A stretch of DNA of 64,000 nucleotides, from positions 32,001 through 96,000 of IMG/VR virus record IMGVR_UViG_3300045120_000498; one strand, given 5' to 3'. Positions within the stretch are counted from its first letter, which is position 1. The number at the start of each line of letters is the position of its first letter. Under the pieces are notes generated by a model that saw only the letters and a program-made list of their open reading frames with translations, was not told the DNA's origin and searched no databases. Below, piece by piece: positions 1 through 9,141 of this stretch. The stretch comes from a virus. The position numbers and the translations under genes are program-made.

Positions 1-286
1 CGCGCTCGCGCGCCTCGAACTCCGCGCGCAGCGTCACGTACGCATCGCCTCGCGCCTTCGCCATCGCCTCGCACAGCATCAGGTGAACCTCCTGCCCGAG
101 CGCCGTCAACCGCTGCTTGTTCGGATCGTGCGGCACCGCCTCCGTCAGCGGCGAATGCACCAGCCACCGTTCCTGCTCATCCTCCGGCCGCTGGCTCCGG
201 GGCAGGAACATGCCGCTGAACCCGGCCGCGAACAGTTCGCCGATTAGCTCACGCCGCCGCCGCATTTCCCGCTCGTGCGCGCTCAT
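1..286 (-). CDS. Hypothetical protein (runs off left edge)
   Basis: ATG at 286 (MSAHEREMRRR...), preceded by hairpin plus GGGAAGG SD at 296-318. Confidence 0.65.
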   Translation of the reverse strand, partial: MSAHEREMRRRRELIGELFAAGFSGMFLPRSQRPEDEQERWLVHSPLTEAVPHDPNKQRLTALGQEVHLMLCEAMAKARGDAYVTLRAEFEARER

Positions 287-323
287 CTCTTGCCCCTTCC
301 CGCGGGGATCGCCCCGCCATCGT

Positions 324-689
324 TCAATCGTCCTCGCCTCGCAACACGCGAGCGGTCGCCACGTTCCGGGCGACACCATCCCAGCCCTCGACCACCCGCA
401 GGATGTCGTCCGGCCGGAACCGGATGATCCGGCGCGACTTGTCCAGCGCCACCTCGACCGTCGAATCCTCGCGCACGCCCGTCACGACGCCGTACCGGTC
501 GCCGCGCATCCAGTGATCCGTCGCCGGGTGCAACTCGACCCGCTGACCCACGCGCGGGGAGATGTAGACCGCCTCGCGCAGCCGCTCGTGGCAGAGTCCG
601 CCGTCCTTACTCGGCACCGCGCACACCAGCGGCCCCGTGGGGCCGCCGTAGCGATAGCCGACCTGCGGCCCATGCGTCGGACAGATCAT
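324..689 (-). CDS. Small SH3/KOW-like phage protein
   Basis: VGQRVELHPATDHWMRGDRYGVVTGV beta-barrel pattern; ATGA overlap with upstream gene. Confidence 0.75.
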   Translation of the reverse strand: MICPTHGPQVGYRYGGPTGPLVCAVPSKDGGLCHERLREAVYISPRVGQRVELHPATDHWMRGDRYGVVTGVREDSTVEVALDKSRRIIRFRPDDILRVVEGWDGVARNVATARVLRGEDD

Positions 690-844
690 GTCGCCGCCCT
701 CCAGGCGCGCCGGTCGCGCTTCGTGTAGCCCTTGCCCTTACCGCGCACGCCGCCGCGCAGCGCCTCCCGCTTCGCGAGCGCCAGCGCGTACTCGTCCCGC
801 AGCACCCGCCGCGGCAACGTCGTCGTGATCGTCGTCTTTGCCAT
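686..844 (-). CDS. Small basic hypothetical protein
   Basis: MAKTTITTTLPRR..., GGAGG RBS, coupled to neighbours on both sides. Confidence 0.65.
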   Translation of the reverse strand: MAKTTITTTLPRRVLRDEYALALAKREALRGGVRGKGKGYTKRDRRAWRAAT

Positions 845-1161
845 CACCAGCCTCCAGTCTGCTCGGCGTACCACTCCGCCCCGAAGGGCATCAGCGCCTC
901 CTCGCGGTCGCGCCGGTCGGCCTCCACCTGCTCGCCCCAGGCCGCAGCCTCGACCGCGTAGAACGAGCGCACCGTGCGCTTCACGTCGCCCGCGAAGTCC
1001 GGCTCGTCGTTCGTCGAGTCGAAGCCGCTGTCGGCCTCGCACTCCAGCGCGAGCAGCGCCGCCGCGTCGAACGTGTCGGCCGTGGCGAACACCTCTGCGT
1101 GCGACTCGAACTCGCCCGTGTAGTAGCTCGTGTAGGTCGTCTCGATCACGAGAGCAGCCAT
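844..1161 (-). CDS. Hypothetical protein, first gene after a boxed promoter
   Basis: MAALVIETTYTSYY...; GGAAAGG RBS. Confidence 0.75.
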   Translation of the reverse strand: MAALVIETTYTSYYTGEFESHAEVFATADTFDAAALLALECEADSGFDSTNDEPDFAGDVKRTVRSFYAVEAAAWGEQVEADRRDREEALMPFGAEWYAEQTGGW

Positions 1162-1170
1162 CGTGCCCGT

Positions 1171-1231
1171 CCTTTCCGCGGGTTCTTCCCGCACCCGGAG
1201 TGTAGCAGGTCTAGCGCACGTTGTGTGTATC
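1171..1231 (-). promoter_or_regulatory. Promoter/operator box + shifted -10 + hairpin-SD leader
   Basis: Box 1212-1231; TGCTACACT -10 9 bp downstream; GCGGG/CCCGC hairpin then GGAAAGG. Confidence 0.8.
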
Positions 1232-1828
1232 TGGCAGGTACAGGCCGCTCGGGTTCCGGTCGGTCAGCATCCCCACGATGTCGATGGGAATGATCCCGGC
1301 CAGCGTCGCGCCCGGCACCGACGGGTGCGGCGTGTCGCACATCGCGCCCAGAATCTCGCCCGCAGGCCAGCCCTGCACCGGCGCGTGCGCGAGCATCGAC
1401 CAGCCGCTCACGTCGAGCGGCCCGAGCAGGTCGAGGAAGCTCCGCGCGCGGTCCGACCACGGCGTGCTCGGCGTCAACTCCACCGCCGGGCCGACCGCCT
1501 TGTGCGGACGACCCCACTGCCAGATCGACCCCCAGCCGAACGGCAGGTGCCGACCGTCGCACATCGTGCCGACCCAGATGCCCTCGACCGCCGCGTCGTA
1601 GCTCCACAGCGTCGGGTCGATGATCGTCGCGTCCCGGTCGTAGCAGTCGTCGCCGACCACGATCCACGAGTGCTGGCCGCCGACGCCGACGCCCATGCCT
1701 CGCGCGACGCGCGCGCGGAAGCTCGCCTCCCGCACGACCTTCAGGCTCGCCGCGTGACACTGCGCCGCCCACCCGTCGAGCGGCCCCAGAATGCGCGCCG
1801 CCTCGGCCACCATCGCGTCGGTCGTCAC
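1211..1828 (-). CDS. Putative transglutaminase-like (Cys-His-Asp) protein
   Basis: QCHAAS...GQHSW...IIDPT order matches transglutaminase-like triad; GTGA overlap start. Confidence 0.5.
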   Translation of the reverse strand: MTTDAMVAEAARILGPLDGWAAQCHAASLKVVREASFRARVARGMGVGVGGQHSWIVVGDDCYDRDATIIDPTLWSYDAAVEGIWVGTMCDGRHLPFGWGSIWQWGRPHKAVGPAVELTPSTPWSDRARSFLDLLGPLDVSGWSMLAHAPVQGWPAGEILGAMCDTPHPSVPGATLAGIIPIDIVGMLTDRNPSGLYLPDTHNVR

Positions 1829-2115
1829 AGCGTCCCACCCGGGCACACGAGCATGTCGTTGATCCGGTGCGGCCCGCCGCACTCATACGAGCCGCACCAC
1901 TGCACGCCCTGCTCCGACCAGCCGGGCGACGCCCCCGGCACCGCCAGCCCGCGCTTGCGGCACTCGCGCACCGCGTAGCCGTACGACTCGACGGCCTCAT
2001 CCACGGCGACCTGCGCCGCCGCCAGTCGGTCGATGGCCTCGGCCAGGAGCCGCGCGCGCACCTTCGCCGCCGTCTGCGGCGAGCCGTTCGGCGCGATGCT
2101 CATGTCTCGGGTCAT
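1825..2115 (-). CDS. Hypothetical protein
   Basis: Coupled ORF with GC3-rich codons. Confidence 0.65.
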   Translation of the reverse strand: MTRDMSIAPNGSPQTAAKVRARLLAEAIDRLAAAQVAVDEAVESYGYAVRECRKRGLAVPGASPGWSEQGVQWCGSYECGGPHRINDMLVCPGGTL

Positions 2116-2390
2116 GCTCCCTCGTCTCTCTCACGGGCGCACTGCGTGCAGACGCCCAGCTTGTAGTCCGCCGTCTCGTCCACCTCGGCCAGATAGCGCA
2201 CCCGCAGGCACACGCTGCACTGACCCATCGGCCAGAAGTCCTCCGCCAGCCCGACCAGTTCCTCGCACAGCGCCACCTTCGGATCGTCCATCCGGACGCA
2301 CACCAGCGTCCGGGCGCCGAACGTGACGACGTTCACCACGTGCCCGGTGTCGTGCGTGCCCTTGTCGCGTACCTGATCACCCACCTTCAC
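2112..2390 (-). CDS. KOW-like + CxxC zinc-finger hypothetical protein
   Basis: MKVGDQVRDKG...CSVC...CTQC; GTGA overlap. Confidence 0.65.
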   Translation of the reverse strand: MKVGDQVRDKGTHDTGHVVNVVTFGARTLVCVRMDDPKVALCEELVGLAEDFWPMGQCSVCLRVRYLAEVDETADYKLGVCTQCARERDEGA

Positions 2391-2674
2391 TGGAACGACC
2401 TCCTCGGATCGTCGCTGCCGTACGGACTGACCGCCGGGGACCCCGGCACCTCCGGCCACCGCGGCTCGTGCTCCGGGCAGCACAGCACCTTCGCCTTGCT
2501 CGTCTCGTCCTGCACCCACTCGCCGTTCACGCAGCGAGCGCGAACGAGGCGCCACCCCTCGGGGTAGGCGCCGCCGTCCGCCATCGTGCCGACCACCGGC
2601 CCGACGTGCAGACCCGGCACGCAATACGCGCGCACCGGGAGCCGCCGACTCGGCGCAGGGCGCCGGGGGATCAC
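2387..2674 (-). CDS. Hypothetical protein
   Basis: GTGA overlap start; coupled ORF. Confidence 0.55.
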   Translation of the reverse strand: MIPRRPAPSRRLPVRAYCVPGLHVGPVVGTMADGGAYPEGWRLVRARCVNGEWVQDETSKAKVLCCPEHEPRWPEVPGSPAVSPYGSDDPRRSFQ

Positions 2675-2973
2675 AGGTTCACCCCGGGCCACTCCGGCAC
2701 GTCGAAGCTGTCCGGGTGGCAGTTCGCCCAGACGCCGCCGTAGCCGCTGTCCCAGATGCTCACGAACGGCGACTCGTTGACGCCGTTCTCGAACGCGGCC
2801 ACGACCATCCCGGTCGTCTTCGTCAGCCCCGCCGCGGCGACCGCCCGGTCGCACAGCGTCCACGTGCTGGCCCACGACCTGCCGTCGCGGTCGCTGATCA
2901 CGACCGGCACCACTTCCATCTCCAGCGCCGGGGTGCACACCATCGCGGCCACCGTCGTCATCACCGTCGTCAT
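2671..2973 (-). CDS. Hypothetical protein
   Basis: MTTVMTT..., GAGGGG RBS. Confidence 0.65.
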   Translation of the reverse strand: MTTVMTTVAAMVCTPALEMEVVPVVISDRDGRSWASTWTLCDRAVAAAGLTKTTGMVVAAFENGVNESPFVSIWDSGYGGVWANCHPDSFDVPEWPGVNL

Positions 2974-2974
2974 C

Positions 2975-3265
2975 TCAGTTGCCCCCTCGGTAGAAGTCAG
3001 CCGCATCGGCCAGGAACCGGGCGCGCTCGTCCTCGCCCATCGTGCGCAGCAGGTGGAACGTCTCGACTTCCTCGTTCGCCGTCACCCGCCCGCCGTGGTA
3101 GTACCGGACGACCGCATCGCGCATCGCCCACTGCGACCGCGGCCGCAGATTCGTCGGCACCATCAGGTACGCCGTCTCCAGCGCCGCCGTCAGGCCCGCG
3201 TGATCGTCGCGCGTCAGGTCAGCCGCCACGTCGAGCGCCCGCGCCAGCCGGAGGTTCGCCCTCAT
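2975..3265 (-). CDS. Hypothetical protein
   Basis: MRANLRLARAL..., ATGA overlap. Confidence 0.65.
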   Translation of the reverse strand: MRANLRLARALDVAADLTRDDHAGLTAALETAYLMVPTNLRPRSQWAMRDAVVRYYHGGRVTANEEVETFHLLRTMGEDERARFLADAADFYRGGN

Positions 3266-3495
3266 CGGGCACCCCCTCCGGCCAGCCACGCGACCGCCTC
3301 GCGCTTCGTGTCGAACCAATCCAGCACCTCGCCGTCAGCGACGCGCACCGCGCACCAGCCGTCGTCGTCGCACCCGGCGTTCACGCCCAGACCGTCGCGC
3401 TCGTCGGCCGTCACGTTCCCGGTCACGTCGCGCTCGACCCGGAACTTGCCGTCCAGCGTCTCGTAGACGCCCGGCGCTACTCGCTTCATTCGCAT
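3262..3495 (-). CDS. Hypothetical protein, first gene after a boxed promoter
   Basis: MRMKRVAPGVYETLDGKF...; GGAAAGGAG RBS. Confidence 0.75.
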   Translation of the reverse strand: MRMKRVAPGVYETLDGKFRVERDVTGNVTADERDGLGVNAGCDDDGWCAVRVADGEVLDWFDTKREAVAWLAGGGAR

Positions 3496-3504
3496 CTCGC
3501 GTCT

Positions 3505-3565
3505 CCTTTCCGCGGGGCCTTCCCGCACACCCATTGTACCAGGTATCGCACACGACGTGTGTATC
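3505..3565 (-). promoter_or_regulatory. Promoter/operator box + shifted -10 + hairpin-SD leader
   Basis: Box 3546-3565; TGGTACAAT -10 9 bp downstream. Confidence 0.8.
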
Positions 3566-3785
3566 AAGCGTCGCGGTACAGCACCGACCCGTCTGACCGC
3601 TCGCACACCCACCGCCCGTCCTTCCACTCCCACAGCCGATAGCTCGTGGACGGGTGCCAGTCAGGACGAATCTCGCGCAGCCGCCGGTGCAGCCGGAGCG
3701 ACGCCACCGACCGGCTCTCGGCGTCCAGAGTCACCTCCGGAAGCCCCGAGCCGGGCGGCGGCTCGCACAGCCACAGCCGCGTCAT
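3564..3785 (-). CDS. Hypothetical protein
   Basis: ORF track; ATGA overlap. Confidence 0.6.
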   Translation of the reverse strand: MTRLWLCEPPPGSGLPEVTLDAESRSVASLRLHRRLREIRPDWHPSTSYRLWEWKDGRWVCERSDGSVLYRDA

Positions 3786-3985
3786 GCCATCGACGCAGCG
3801 ATGAACGCCGACGGGTCATCGGCCAGCTTCGACAGCGAGTCGCGCACATCGCACCACGTGCCCCAGATCGCCCACCAGTTGTCGTCGGCCGACTCGTTGT
3901 TCGTCGGATCATTCGGACGCACCGAAGCCAGCGTCTCGGCCACCCTCGACTCGGCCATCCCGGCCGTCTTCTCGCAGTTATCCAT
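3782..3985 (-). CDS. Hypothetical protein
   Basis: MDNCEKTAG...; GGAGG RBS. Confidence 0.65.
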   Translation of the reverse strand: MDNCEKTAGMAESRVAETLASVRPNDPTNNESADDNWWAIWGTWCDVRDSLSKLADDPSAFIAASMA

Positions 3986-4284
3986 CACCCACCTCCCTCC
4001 CAGGTGTAGTCCAGGTCGGACTTCGCCTCGCCACCGGCCAGAATGGCCTCGATGAGGCTCATCGACGGGGCATCCAGGATCAACTCGTAGGTCACGTCGC
4101 CCACCGGGGACACGACCGTCTCGCCGTCCTCGTTCTCGGTGCTGTTGAAGCTGACCGGCCACACGACCTTGATCGCCACCGGCGCGCCGAACAGCCCGCT
4201 GAACAGGTTCGTTGCCTGCTCGATCCGCTGCTGCGCCGCGTGCGCCTCGTCCGCGTCGGAGAAGTAAAGCCTGAACTCGGCCAT
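3985..4284 (-). CDS. Hypothetical protein
   Basis: MAEFRLYFSD...; TAATG coupling. Confidence 0.7.
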   Translation of the reverse strand: MAEFRLYFSDADEAHAAQQRIEQATNLFSGLFGAPVAIKVVWPVSFNSTENEDGETVVSPVGDVTYELILDAPSMSLIEAILAGGEAKSDLDYTWEGGG

Positions 4285-4673
4285 TACCGTGACATCCGGT
4301 CGTAGTCGGCCCACGTCTCGTAGCGGTCGTGGAGGTCCACCACGCGGTCGCGGACGCCGGTGATCTTCGTGACGGCATCGCAGAACCGCGAGTCCGACGT
4401 GCCGACCACCGTGCCGCCGTACATCGGCCCGGCCGCGCCCTCCGGCGCCGCGGTGCCGATCATCGGCACCCACCAGGTCGCCACCTGCATCGCGGGCACG
4501 ATCCGTGCCGTGCCGCGCAGGTTGCCGTCCACGAGCATCACCGCCGGAGCTTCCGGCGACGGCTCGTGCGGCCCGTCCACGTTCACGACGGTCACTTCGT
4601 CGGCCGTCTCGGAGATGCCGCCAGCCGAGTACGACTGGCCCTTGTGCTTGTAGATGTTGGCGATGAGTCCCAT
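4284..4673 (-). CDS. Conserved phage hypothetical protein (GPMxGG...SDSRF type)
   Basis: GPMYGGTVVGTSDSRF motif recalled from other phages; GGAAAGG RBS. Confidence 0.7.
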   Translation of the reverse strand: MGLIANIYKHKGQSYSAGGISETADEVTVVNVDGPHEPSPEAPAVMLVDGNLRGTARIVPAMQVATWWVPMIGTAAPEGAAGPMYGGTVVGTSDSRFCDAVTKITGVRDRVVDLHDRYETWADYDRMSR

Positions 4674-4679
4674 CGCGCT

Positions 4680-4740
4680 CCTTTCCGCGGGGTCTTCCCG
4701 CATCCGCAGCATAGCAGGTAAAGCACACGCCGTGTGTATC
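4680..4740 (-). promoter_or_regulatory. Promoter/operator box + shifted -10 + hairpin-SD leader, directly after terL
   Basis: Box 4721-4740; TGCTATGCT -10 9 bp downstream. Confidence 0.8.
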
Positions 4741-6463
4741 AGTAGTCCTCGGGGTCGTCCTCCGCCTCGTCGTCGAACACCTCGAACGCCGCGTCGCCCA
4801 TGTTCGGCCCGGCGTGGTAGCCCATCGACGCCGGATCGCCCACCTGCGACCGCTCGAACTCCAGATGATCCTCCAGCGGCACAACCTCCGTCCGCTGCGC
4901 GCCCGCCACGACCGCCTGCCGGTACAGCCACATCTCCGACGCCACCAGGTCGTACACCTCCGCCTGCGCGTAGTCGTCCGGCCCCGTCTTCTTGTAGCCC
5001 ACGACCACCTTGTCCACGTCGTCGATGGTCGCGTGCCGCACCAGCGCCCGCATCTGCGCGCCGTACCCCTCCGGCAGGTCCACCGGCAGCCAGTTCCGCT
5101 GCTCGCGCATCACCGCCATCATCGCGTCGATGGCCTCCGTCCGGCGGATCGACACCGTGCGTGTTTCCTCCCGCACGACCATCACCGCGCCGTCCTTCGG
5201 CGCCGAGTAGTTCACCAGGTAGACGATGCCCGGGAACTGATTCGCCAGCCCCATCGCCATCCGGTGCTCCGGCAGGTGATCGACGCACGCCATGTTCACC
5301 CGGAACTCGCGCATCTTCTCGGCCACCTCGTTGAACGAGTCGCACTCGCCGATCCACAGCGCCCGCTTCACACCGTCGCCCAGGTGCTCGCTGATCCGCA
5401 CGTTCAGCGCCCGCGTGGACGCCACGTCCACGCCCATCGTGACCAGGTTCACGCCGCCGTAGCCCGTCTCCATGTAGTAGAAGCCGCCCGCCGACTGCGC
5501 CGCTTGCAACACCGCCGACGTGAGCCGCCCTTCCTCCGGCGCGTATTCCTCGGCCAGGTCCTTGTTGTGGAACGTCGTGACCTCGTAAGGCCGCGTCGCC
5601 TTCGACGCCTTCACGATGCTCGCCAGCGCGCCGTTCTCGTTCGTCGCAACACGCGGCACGATCAGCCGCGGCGCGTGATAGCCGCGAATGTCGCGATCCG
5701 GGAACTCCGCCACCCACTCGCCGACGCCCACGTCGAGCGGCTTCCGGCACTGCCGACAGACCACCAGCACCCGGTCCTGATCGACGTTCTCCCAGAAGTC
5801 GATGTGCTGCCACGTCCCGCACCCGCACTTCACCATCCACCGCCGCTTGTCCGACGCTTCGTACTGACCGCTGACGCCGAACTCCGGCACCGACGGCACC
5901 CCGACCCGCCGGATCAGCCCGTGTTGCGAGCCGGACACGCGCCGCTCGGCGTCCGGGATGTTCTCCTGCGTGAGCGTGTCGTACTCGTCGAACGCGATGG
6001 TGTCGGCATCCACCGAGTCGAGCGCGCGCTTCACCTCCGAGCCACGGAAGTAGACGAACCCCAGACCGATCCGCTTCAGGCCCTTGTTCTGCACGTCCCG
6101 GCGGCTCGCGCGGCCCGACAGGTAGTCCGACCCGTCAATCAGCGTCTTCACCCGCGCGTCCGAGAAGTCGTACAACTGGCTCGCCGTCGGGAACACGTAC
6201 AGGCTCGTCCAGCCCTTCGTGTCGGCGTGGTACATCGACCACCGCACGAGCCACGCCGACACCCCGATCTGCGTCGCCTTCTTGACCACCAGTTCACGCT
6301 GATTCGCGCCCGCCTCGTATAGCTCGCGCTGGAACGGGAACCGGTCGAAGTCGAGCGCCGCCTTCGGCTCCGGCACCCGCAGCGCCCACGGCATGAACTC
6401 GACATCCAGCTTCTCGCGCTCCGCCGCATCCCGCTTCGCGCGAAGCTCAGACCGGGTGGTCAT
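4739..6463 (-). CDS. terL: Terminase large subunit, lambda GpA family
   Basis: FPFQRE adenine-binding motif, KKATQIGVS Walker A, IAFDEYD Walker B, CGCG...CRQC zinc finger, MGVDV nuclease motif. Confidence 0.9.
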   Translation of the reverse strand: MTTRSELRAKRDAAEREKLDVEFMPWALRVPEPKAALDFDRFPFQRELYEAGANQRELVVKKATQIGVSAWLVRWSMYHADTKGWTSLYVFPTASQLYDFSDARVKTLIDGSDYLSGRASRRDVQNKGLKRIGLGFVYFRGSEVKRALDSVDADTIAFDEYDTLTQENIPDAERRVSGSQHGLIRRVGVPSVPEFGVSGQYEASDKRRWMVKCGCGTWQHIDFWENVDQDRVLVVCRQCRKPLDVGVGEWVAEFPDRDIRGYHAPRLIVPRVATNENGALASIVKASKATRPYEVTTFHNKDLAEEYAPEEGRLTSAVLQAAQSAGGFYYMETGYGGVNLVTMGVDVASTRALNVRISEHLGDGVKRALWIGECDSFNEVAEKMREFRVNMACVDHLPEHRMAMGLANQFPGIVYLVNYSAPKDGAVMVVREETRTVSIRRTEAIDAMMAVMREQRNWLPVDLPEGYGAQMRALVRHATIDDVDKVVVGYKKTGPDDYAQAEVYDLVASEMWLYRQAVVAGAQRTEVVPLEDHLEFERSQVGDPASMGYHAGPNMGDAAFEVFDDEAEDDPEDY

Positions 6464-6498
6464 GCTCACCCGCCGCCGGATCAGGTCGGCGCCGCGGG

Positions 6499-6789
6499 TC
6501 ACGGCGACGCCTCCCACCGCATCGGGCCACGCTCCGTCGCGTGCAGCGGCCCGGCCAGTTCCATCTCGGCAGGCGTCATCAGCGGCGCTCGCAACACCAG
6601 CGCGTCGCGCGAGACGCGCGGCTCCGTCGAGGACAGGCCGACCGGTGGCCCCTTCCAGCCGAACGCCGCGCCGCAGTCCGCGCACACGACGGTGATTTCG
6701 GCCGCGAACGCATGAGGATCGACCTTGCCGTCGCTCGTCAACCGGAACACCTCGACGTTCGCAGCGAACTCCAGGTGCTCGCAGGTCAT
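6499..6789 (-). CDS. Hypothetical protein with CxxC
   Basis: MTCEHLEF...CADC. Confidence 0.65.
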   Translation of the reverse strand: MTCEHLEFAANVEVFRLTSDGKVDPHAFAAEITVVCADCGAAFGWKGPPVGLSSTEPRVSRDALVLRAPLMTPAEMELAGPLHATERGPMRWEASP

Positions 6790-7124
6790 GCCACGGCCCG
6801 CTCGGTCGGCGCGGGCACCGGCACGTACCGGCCCCTGCGCGCACGCCGCAACAGACCCCGCGCCTCCAACCGCCCCAGCGCCACCGACGGCGCCGAGTAG
6901 GGCGCCGCGTAGCCCAGCAACCGAAGCTCCCGCGTGCGCACCTCCCCATGCGCGCGCGCCCACTCCAGCACGCCGTGCTGCTGCTGCGTCAGCCCACGGA
7001 CATTCCAGGCGCGCTCGGGCGCCGTCAGCGCCAGTTGCTCAGACGCTCGCGCCAAAGACAAGCTCCGCCGCGCGCCGCGTGCCCATCGGCCTGCCGTCCA
7101 CTTCCCAGTAGCCACAGTGGTCAC
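6786..7124 (-). CDS. Winged-helix DNA-binding protein (start uncertain)
   Basis: LTQQQHGVLEW...VALGRLEARGLLRRARRGRY wing pattern. Confidence 0.6.
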   Translation of the reverse strand: MTTVATGKWTAGRWARGARRSLSLARASEQLALTAPERAWNVRGLTQQQHGVLEWARAHGEVRTRELRLLGYAAPYSAPSVALGRLEARGLLRRARRGRYVPVPAPTERAVA

Positions 7125-7551
7125 GCCGCAGGCCCCGCTCGATCAGACACGCCTCGACGAACGTCCAGTCCACCGGCAGCGGCGGCTCCGACGGCCCGAA
7201 CCGCGTCTCCGACCCCTGTACCCACAGCGTGCCGTACTGCAACCGGTGCCCCTCGGGCATGTCGTTGTCGGTCACGACCGGCATCCGCACCCGGAACAGG
7301 CTCGTCTCCACCTCCATCCGCAGCTTCGTGCGCGCGCGGAGCGGCTGCCGCAGCGGCGGCATCTCGACCGGCGACTCGACCCGGTACGCGCCGCCGTCAT
7401 CGCGCCACCGGACAGCGCCGATGAACTCGGTCAGCGTGCCGCCGAACGATCCGTACAGCGCGATCCGGGTCAGCAGCATCTCCTCGTCGATCCCCAGCGG
7501 GCCGCCGACTCGCAACACAGTCGGCTTGCCGAATACGACCGCCCCGTCCAT
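7039..7551 (-). CDS. Hypothetical protein
   Basis: ORF track, GC3-rich codons. Confidence 0.6.
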   Translation of the reverse strand: MDGAVVFGKPTVLRVGGPLGIDEEMLLTRIALYGSFGGTLTEFIGAVRWRDDGGAYRVESPVEMPPLRQPLRARTKLRMEVETSLFRVRMPVVTDNDMPEGHRLQYGTLWVQGSETRFGPSEPPLPVDWTFVEACLIERGLRRDHCGYWEVDGRPMGTRRAAELVFGASV

Positions 7552-7563
7552 GCCCGAAGCGTA

Positions 7564-8007
7564 CTAGCGGACGTAGTTCAGCGCGCGCTTCGGCGCCGCC
7601 GCGCACCGCTGCCAGTGCGCCGCCACATGCGTGATCGCCATGTCCCGCCCAGCCCGCCGCAGCCGCTCGCTCATCATCCGCGCGTCCATCGCCTCCGCGG
7701 CGATCCCGCGCCCATCGACCATCACCAGCGTCCCGTCGCGCACCGACACGAACTCCATCGGCGTGCCGGTCGTACAGCCGCGGCCCAGGAACACCAGCCC
7801 GCCACACGAGCCGCACCGGTACGGCGGCTCCGGCCGCAGGTGCCCGGTCGGCACGTCCTCGACCACGTTCGAGTCGTCCCACTTCAGCCGCGTCACGTGG
7901 TTGTCGCTCACGCGCACGAACCCGATCCGGCCCGGCCACGACGTAGCGAACGGGTCCACCGTGTCCGTACCCGGCTCGAACCGCACCCGGTCACCCACGT
8001 TCAGCAT
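7564..8007 (-). CDS. KOW-like + CxxC hypothetical protein
   Basis: MLNVGDRVRF...CGSC; GAGGAGG RBS. Confidence 0.7.
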   Translation of the reverse strand: MLNVGDRVRFEPGTDTVDPFATSWPGRIGFVRVSDNHVTRLKWDDSNVVEDVPTGHLRPEPPYRCGSCGGLVFLGRGCTTGTPMEFVSVRDGTLVMVDGRGIAAEAMDARMMSERLRRAGRDMAITHVAAHWQRCAAAPKRALNYVR

Positions 8008-8149
8008 CGTCGTCCTCCTCGGTGATGTCCTCGACTTCGGCGTTGGCAATCTCGTCCATCGAGAAGCCGTGCTCCCACAGGTGCGCGGCGCTCAACTCCA
8101 GCGGCACCTTCGCGCCGCAGATGCCGCAGATGCTCATTTCCTCGGTCAC
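7991..8149 (-). CDS. Small C2H2-like zinc-finger protein
   Basis: CGIC...HLWEH. Confidence 0.6.
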   Translation of the reverse strand: MTEEMSICGICGAKVPLELSAAHLWEHGFSMDEIANAEVEDITEEDDDAERG

Positions 8150-8349
8150 GGCCACACCTTGCGGCCCTCGTGCACGACGTGCAGCGCCGGAACCTCGTCG
8201 CCCCGCTCCGCCGCGAGCCGCTGCTTGCGCTCGCAGAACTCGACCGCGCGCTCCAGCGTGTCGCGAAGCTGGCACTCGCGCCACTCCCGCACAAGCTGCC
8301 CGGGTCCGACCAGGAACGTGCCCAGCTTCATCACCACGTACAGGCTCAC
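8146..8349 (-). CDS. Hypothetical protein
   Basis: Coupled ORF. Confidence 0.6.
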   Translation of the reverse strand: MSLYVVMKLGTFLVGPGQLVREWRECQLRDTLERAVEFCERKQRLAAERGDEVPALHVVHEGRKVWP

Positions 8350-8552
8350 GAGCCGTCCACTATCTCTCGCGCCTCGTTCAGCGCGTTCTCAATCTCGGCC
8401 GTGATGGTCGCCACCGGCACGCCCCGCAGATACGCCGCGACGACGGCGCCGTGCAGCGTCCCGCGCGCCTTCCCCTGCACCTCGTCACCCGCCGTCAGGT
8501 ACGGATTGTCCGGGCACCGGATCAAAACCTGGACGACAGGCGCCTCAGCCAT
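8346..8552 (-). CDS. Hypothetical protein
   Basis: MAEAPVVQVLIRC... Confidence 0.6.
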   Translation of the reverse strand: MAEAPVVQVLIRCPDNPYLTAGDEVQGKARGTLHGAVVAAYLRGVPVATITAEIENALNEAREIVDGS

Positions 8553-9030
8553 TGGACGGCTCCTTCGCGGCAACCACCAGCGCGCGAAGCTCCATCTCGC
8601 TTGACGGGTGCCAATACTCCGGCACCACGTTGTATCCGGGGCGGAGGATGACGGCAAGGTCGGCGAGGGGCAGCCCGGGCGGAAGCAGCGGCACCTCGAT
8701 CCAATGCTGCGCTGGCCGACCCTCGCACGCGCACTCCATCTCCTCGATGGCCGTCTTGCAACTCGGGCAGTACCAGGCGGTAGGCGTGTCGGCGGGAGCC
8801 GCGGACCGGGCCGACCCGCGCGGGCGGCCGGGCATGTTCTGCGGCAGGCCCGCAGCGTCCACCGCCGCGCTCCACGTGCCGAAGTGGCGTACGACCGTCG
8901 CCCTGGACGGAAGATCAATCGCACCCGAACGCCGCGATGTCTGCGACGGGGATCGTCCGTGACGCGCGTGGAAGTTCTGGAACGCAGCGATCACAGCGTC
9001 CCTCGTCCAAGGATTCGTGCTCAATGCCAT
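8545..9030 (-). CDS. Homing-endonuclease-associated-repeat protein with CxxC module, no nuclease domain
   Basis: WTRDAVIAAFQ...PSRATVVRHFGTWSAAVDAAGL matches the repeat consensus. Confidence 0.7.
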   Translation of the reverse strand: MALSTNPWTRDAVIAAFQNFHARHGRSPSQTSRRSGAIDLPSRATVVRHFGTWSAAVDAAGLPQNMPGRPRGSARSAAPADTPTAWYCPSCKTAIEEMECACEGRPAQHWIEVPLLPPGLPLADLAVILRPGYNVVPEYWHPSSEMELRALVVAAKEPSNG

Positions 9031-9036
9031 CGGCTC

Positions 9037-9095
9037 CCTTTCCGCGGGGGCCGGTCGCTCCCGCACACCGGATCATAACGCACTCCGTGTGTATC
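9037..9095 (-). promoter_or_regulatory. Promoter/operator box + hairpin-SD leader
   Basis: Box 9076-9095; -10 TATGAT. Confidence 0.75.
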
Positions 9096-9099
9096 CCCC

Positions 9100-9141
9100 C
9101 AGAAATGCGAACGCCCGGCCGGTAGCTACTCCGGCCGGGCG
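9100..9141 (-). terminator. Intrinsic terminator-like hairpin
   Basis: 11-bp stem 9112-9122/9131-9141, followed on - by TTCGCATTT. Confidence 0.65.

Noticed and set aside
4739-6949. 736-aa TerL, and similarly extended ORF-track starts for the MTase, tail fibre and BppU-like genes
   Set aside because: The extensions overlap other real genes and lack coding character; internal starts with RBS or coupling were used instead.
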